The notes beneath the pieces are model-generated. The model worked only from the letters and a program-made list of their open reading frames with translations, had not been told where the DNA came from and did not search any database. This document shows positions 59,039 through 64,000 of a stretch of 64,000 bases of DNA, piece by piece (the first letter of the stretch is position 1; every line of letters begins with the position of its first letter). Both the position numbers and the translations under genes were made by a program. Source of the DNA: an uncultured bacterium (lineage in GTDB: Bacteria > Verrucomicrobiota > Verrucomicrobiia > Limisphaerales > UBA8199); assembly GCA_963749495.1 (NCBI GenBank), contig CAVVMW010000006.1:32001-96000 (forward strand). Reading direction: 5' to 3'.

Positions 59039-60275
59039 AACTTCGTGCATTTACTTTGACTCGAGCACCGTATCGGAGGTCGGACGAGTCGGACCGGCCC
59101 GACCCGTCGGACGGCTTGCCGGGGACGGTGCCGTCGGCCCTCCGAGCCGTGATGGCGCTGCTGCTCGGGGCGTGCGCCGGGTGCAATTCCGACCCCAAGT
59201 CGGCGGATGTTCCCGAGGCCAAAGTGGCCGGTGAGACCGTGTCCATGGCCACCAACTCGCCCCAGTTGGCCGCGCTCACAGTCGAGACGGTCGGGGCCGA
59301 GCAGCCGTGTTTTGTGCCGCTGACCGGCCGGCTGGTGTGGGACGACGACGTGACGGTGCGGGTGTTCACGCCCTTTGCAGGCATCGTGCGCAAGCTGCTG
59401 GCCGACGTCGGGCAACCGCTGGCCAAAGACGCCCCGCTGGCCGAGATTCAATCGGCCGATTTCGGCCAGGCGCAGGCCGACGCTCGCAAGGCCGAGAGCG
59501 ACTTCCGGCTGGCAGACCGCAACCTGACGCGCCTGCGCGACCTCTTCGAGCACGGCGCCTCTCCCAAGAAAGACGTGGATGCCGCCGAGGCCGACTTCGA
59601 CCGGGCGAGGGCGGAGCGGCCCGGGCCCTGGACCGGCTGGCCATTTACGGCGCCGGGATAGCCGACACCAACCAGGTCTTCTTTCTGCCCAGCCCGCTGG
59701 AGGGGATTCTCGTCGAGAAAAACGTGACCCCGGGCCAGGAGATCCGCCCCGACCAGATACTGGCCAACGCGCCGCAATTCACCGCCCCGCTCTTCGTCAT
59801 CAGCGACCCGACCCGCCTTTGGGTCTGGCTGGATCTGACGGAGATTCAATTGTCCCTGGTACACAAGGGCCAGCAACTGACCATCCGCTCGCGGGCCTTT
59901 CCGGACCGGGCCTTCAACGGACGGCTGGACCTCATTGGCGATTCGCTCGACCCGACCACCCGCACCGTCCGCGCGCGCGGCACGGTCGCCAACCCCTCCA
60001 AGCTGCTCAAGGCCGAGCTCTACGTCACCGTCGAAATCCCCGATGTCGTCCCGGTGAGCCTCCAGGTCCCGTCCAAGGCGGTCTTCCTGCGCGACAATCA
60101 GTATTATGTCTTCCTGGAGACCGGCGCGGGCCGGTTCCAACGCCATCCCGTCAAGCTGGGCTCCGAGCGCGACGGCAGGGTAGTCATCCTCGACGGGCTC
60201 AGGCAGGGCCAGCGCCTGGTCAGCGAAGGCTGCCTCCTGCTCCAATCCCTCGTGGATACCGCGCCAAAATCGTGA
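59035..60275 (+). CDS. CzcB-like RND periplasmic adaptor (frameshift near 59620)
   Basis: VRVFTPFAGIV, SPLEGILVEKNVTPGQ, LDPTTRTVRAR, LKAELY. Confidence 0.88.
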
Positions 60276-60276
60276 C

Positions 60277-63200
60277 GTGATCGGCCGCATCACCTCCTAC
60301 ACCCTGCGCCACCGAGCGATCGTCCTGGCGGCGCTGGCGCTCTTCATCCTGGCCGGCATCAGCGCCTACCAGCGGTTGCCCGTCGAGGCCTTCCCGGATG
60401 TCTCGAACATGTCCGTGCAGGTGATTACGCTCTTCCCAGGCCACGCCGCCGAGGAGGTCGAGCGCCTGGTCACCGTTCCCATCGAGAACCAGATGAACAG
60501 CGTGCCCAAGCTGGTCGCCCTGCGCTCGATCAGCCTGTTCGGGCTCTCGCAGGTGACACTGGTCTTCGAGGACGGCGCGCAGCCGGACTACGTGCGCAAC
60601 CAGGTCTTCCAGTATCTGTCCTCCGTCACGCTCCCTCCGGGCGCCCAGGCCAGCCTCTCCCCCAACGCCACACCCATCGGCGAGATCTATCGTTACACCC
60701 TCCAGGCCCCCAAGACCTGCGCCGCGGTGGAACTCAAGGCCCTCGAAGACTGGGTCGTCGAGCGCAAGCTGCGCACCGTGCCCGGAGTGGTCGACGTGGT
60801 CGGGTTCGGAGGACCGACCAAGCAATACCAGGTGCAGGTCGATCCGCTCCGGCTCAAGGCCTACAATCTCTCGCTCAAGCAGGTCTTCGACGCCCTGGCC
60901 AACGGCAACCGCAACGCCGGCGGCTCCTATGTCGAGCACGGCTCCGAGATGTACGTCGTGCGCGGCCTGGGCTTTGTCCGCACTCCTTCGGACATCGAGG
61001 CCATCGCCGTCGACAGCCGCAACGGCACCCCCATCCGCATCAGCGATATCGGCTCCGTCACCATCGGCAATGCCGTCCGCCTCGGCCGCGTCGGCATGCT
61101 CTTCAAGACCCCGTTCGGGGATTGCCGACGACGGCGATGCGGTGCAGGGCATCGTGCTGATGCGGCGCGGGGAAAACCCGCGCACGGTCCTGGACGGCAT
61201 CCACGAAAAGGTCAAAGAGATCAACGCGCATTACCTGCCGGCGGGCGTCCGGTTGGTGCCGCACTATGATCGGACGGAGCTCATACACCGGACACTGCAC
61301 ACGGTGCGCAAGAACATGCTGGAGGGGATCGGCCTTGTAGTGCTGGTGCTGGTGCTGTTCCTGGGGCTGGGCAATTACCGCACCGCCCTGGTGGTGGCGC
61401 TGGCTGTGCCGGTGTCGCTCCTGGGCGCCTACCTGCTCCTGGACCTGCAAGGCATCCCCGCCAACCTCATCTCCATGGGCGCCATCGATTTCGGCATCAT
61501 CGTGGATTCGGCGGTGGTGATTGCCGAGAACGTGATCCGCCTGCTGCACGAGCGCAGAGATCGCACCCAGCCCCTGCCCGGCCTGATCGTGCAGGCTATC
61601 CGCGAGATGGGCCGGCCCATCCTCTTCTCGAAGGCCATCCTGCTGACCGCCTTCATCCCGGTCTATACCTTGCAGCGCGTCGAGGGCCGCATCTTCCGCC
61701 CCATGGCGCTGACCCTCACTTACGCCGTGGTCACCGGCACCCTCTTCGCGGTTTTCGTCGTGCCGGCCCTGATGAGCTTGGCCGTCCGCCACGGCGCCCG
61801 CGAGGAGGAATCCTGGGTCGTGCGCCGGCTCATTCATCTCTATCGCCCCAGCGTCGAGTTCGCCTTGCGCCACCGCAGGCTCGTCTATGGCGTCACCGGG
61901 CTGCTCCTGCTCGGCGGCGCCTTGGCCTATGGGGTCATCGGTTCGGAGTTCCTGCCCAAGCTCGACGAGGGCGCCCTCTGGGTGCGCATCTTCATGCCCA
62001 AATCCATCTCGCCCTCCGAGGCCGCCAAGCTCGCCGACAACGTGCGCCGCCGCCTGGCCTCATTTCCCGAGGTCGAAAACGTCCTCAGCCAGCTCGGCCG
62101 CCCCGACGACGGCACTGACATCAACGGCTTCGATGTTTGTGAGTTCAACGTCAATCTCAAGCCGCGCTCCCAATGGACCACCGCGCGTGGCCGCGATGGG
62201 CTCGTCGAGGCCATGTCCAAGGACCTGGCCGGAATCCCGGGCATTGATTCCCAGTTCAGCCAGTACATCGAAGACAACGTCAACGAAGCGGTCTCCGGCA
62301 TCAAAAGCGAATTGGCCATCAAGCTCTACGGCGAGGAGCCGGAGAAGCTCCAGGAACTGGCCGACAAGATAGCCGACACCCTCAGCACGGTGCCGGGGGC
62401 CAAGGACGTCGGCACCGACCGGTTCACCGGCCAGCCGCAGATCCAGATCACGGTCGACCGCGCCGCCGTGGCGCGTTACGGCGTCAGTGTGTCCGACATT
62501 CAGTCGGTCATCGAGACCGCCCTGGGCGGCTCGACGGCCACGCAGGTGCTGGAGAAGGAACGCTCCTTCGACCTGGTCGTCAAGCTCGCCCCCAAGGCCG
62601 TGTCGGACCTGGATTCGATCCGGAACATCCCTGTCTTTGGCGCCAACGGCGAGCGCTTGACACTGGGCGCCCTGACCGACGTCGAGGTCCGCTCGGGCCT
62701 GGCCCGCATCATGCGCGAGGGCAACGAGAGGCGCATCGCCATCAAACTCTCTGTGCGCGGACGCGACCTGGGCTCGCTGGTGCGCGAGGCCGAGCAGAAG
62801 GCCAACGCGGCCGTTCACCTGCCGACCGGCTACCGGATGTCCTGGACCGGGGCGTTCGAGAACCAGCAGCGCGCCGCCCGCCGCCTGGCCATGATCGTCC
62901 CCATCACGATCGTCGGCATCTTCTTCCTCCTGTTCACTGCCTTCGACTCCGGCCGCTACGCCGCGCTGGTCTTGCTGAACGTGCCGCTCGCCGCCGTGGG
63001 CGGCTTCCTGGCCCTGCTGGCCGCCCGCCTGGACCTGTCCGTCTCCGCCATGGTGGGGTTCATCGCCCTCTTTGGCGTCTCCATCCAGAGCGGTGTGCTC
63101 CTGGTGGAACGTATCCGGGAAATGCGCCGTCTGCACCAATCGCTCCACGAGGCCATCGTCGAGGGCGCCATCTCCCGCCTGCGCCCCGTCATGATGACCT

Positions 63201-63370
63201 CCTTGATGGCCGCCTTGGGCCTGCTCCCCGCTGCCCTCTCCACAGGCGTCGGCGCCGAGACCGCCCGCCCCTTTGCCGTCGTCATCATCGGCGGCCTGGT
63301 CACCGCCACCCTCCTGACCCTGGTCCTGCTCCCGGTCCTTTACCCCGCCTTCGAGACGGAAGGGGCTTAG
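60277..63370 (+). CDS. CzcA/CusA family heavy-metal RND permease (frameshift near 61115)
   Basis: LPVEAFPDVS, ANLISMGAIDFGIIVD, EFLPKLDEG, RLRPVMMTSLMAALGLLPAA. Confidence 0.92.
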
Positions 63371-63463
63371 ACCCAACGCCTCGCCGAGAGGCGCCCCGCT
63401 CGCGCGGTTCCCGGTTTTTCTACTTTCAGTTGCGCCGGCCTGTGCTATCCTCGTTTCGAGCTT

Positions 63464-63892
63464 ATGAAAGCATGCTTGAATTTCAGCGACATCCTGGGGG
63501 TCGGGCGGCCCCAGCTCGAGGAGATGCAGAGAATAGGTGATGCGTATGCAAGCCCTGATATTCCGGGCGCTTGCGAGGCATTCACGCGCCAGGTGAGGAT
63601 TGTCGAGGGGATACTGGTTCAAAGTTATGGAATCGCCGCCGCGATGGCCAGGAAGTCGGACGATCTAAACGAGGTGGCGGAAATCTGGACCGCGATGAGC
63701 CGCTTTTGCCGGTCGGCGCTGGCCAGCCTGGCGACGCTGAAACACAAGTACCCTTACTGCGGGACGCCAGCCCTCTATGACATGGTTTTGGATTACAGGC
63801 TGGCATGTGAGAAACGTTACCGCGGTGCGATGGAGGAGTTGGCATGTCAGAAGACGGAATTCCCGAAGGGATTATTACCCGAGATGAAGTAG
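63464..63892 (+). CDS. Hypothetical helical protein
   Basis: 142-aa ORF with lower GC than its neighbours; no recognisable motif. Confidence 0.55.
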   Translation: MKACLNFSDILGVGRPQLEEMQRIGDAYASPDIPGACEAFTRQVRIVEGILVQSYGIAAAMARKSDDLNEVAEIWTAMSRFCRSALASLATLKHKYPYCGTPALYDMVLDYRLACEKRYRGAMEELACQKTEFPKGLLPEMK

Positions 63893-64000
63893 CGGAATTG
63901 GCCTTCCTGTTCGACCGCTACGAGTTCGCTTTCGATCCGCTCTGCCTTGCCGCCAGGGAGGCGGAGTCCGACTTTGAGGAGCGAATTCGGGTGCTCTTCG
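63844..64000 (+). CDS. Hypothetical protein, runs off right edge
   Basis: GGAGGAG ribosome-binding site then ATG 63844: MSEDGIPEGIITRDEVAELAFLFDRYEFAFDPL... Confidence 0.5.
   Translation, partial: MSEDGIPEGIITRDEVAELAFLFDRYEFAFDPLCLAAREAESDFEERIRVLF

Noticed and set aside
2800..61130. About 14 single-base frameshifts in otherwise intact genes (near 2820, 3500, 9990, 29340, 35437, 35990, 37085, 37680, 43850, 47520, 54215, 55745, 59620, 61115) as programmed frameshifting or pseudogenes
   Set aside because: They hit housekeeping genes as well (cobA-hemD, ccsA), often sit in short G/C runs and share no slippery motif. Long-read indel error is the simplest explanation; polishing would decide.
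6464..63622. Long antisense or alternate-frame ORFs (e.g. 6464-8038, 9928-11466, 46218-47612, 54137-55390, 62060-63622)
   Set aside because: These are shadows of well-supported genes in high-GC DNA, with no family motifs.
1..64000. CRISPR array or cas genes
   Set aside because: Repeats are tandem 7-9-mers or palindromes without unique spacers; no cas-like ORF was recognised.

Overview
GC-rich bacterial DNA. The gene families and intergenic repeat types suggest Verrucomicrobiota (Pedosphaerales-like); this is inference only. Many intact-looking genes carry single-base frameshifts, most likely long-read assembly errors. Left half (about 3-34 kb): a decaying heavy-metal-resistance island ending at a tRNA-Asn with a broken tyrosine integrase beside it. 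It holds a CusBA-type Cu/Ag efflux operon, a PadR-led RND/DoxX/cupredoxin/ChrA operon, a 9-heme cytochrome c with a putative C-terminal export tag, a CnrYXH-like ECF sigma module, an IS1634-like element, toxin-antitoxin genes and many deletion remnants. A small sulfur locus (yezD, deleted cysK, DUF3034) lies just left of it. Right half (34-64 kb): chromosomal genes, namely a transglutaminase-like protein, a porin, a GH51, NIPSNAP, cytochrome c maturation system II, mbfA, PIG-L/ROK, cobA-hemD, a NarL-type two-component system and a CzcCBA-like efflux system, with many REP/MITE-like palindromes and heptamer arrays between them. Strongest new signal: three exactly spaced TGAGGG-N12-GCGGCGTA motifs that appear to define an ECF-sigma regulon linking a Cys-containing CnrX-like sensor to copper efflux. 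Other candidates: the possibly exported nonaheme cytochrome, paired CCRG-N4-CYGG-AGG hairpins in the YezD locus, a leader-peptide/terminator arrangement and an isolated comM fragment. Product names come from motif recognition; no database searches were run.
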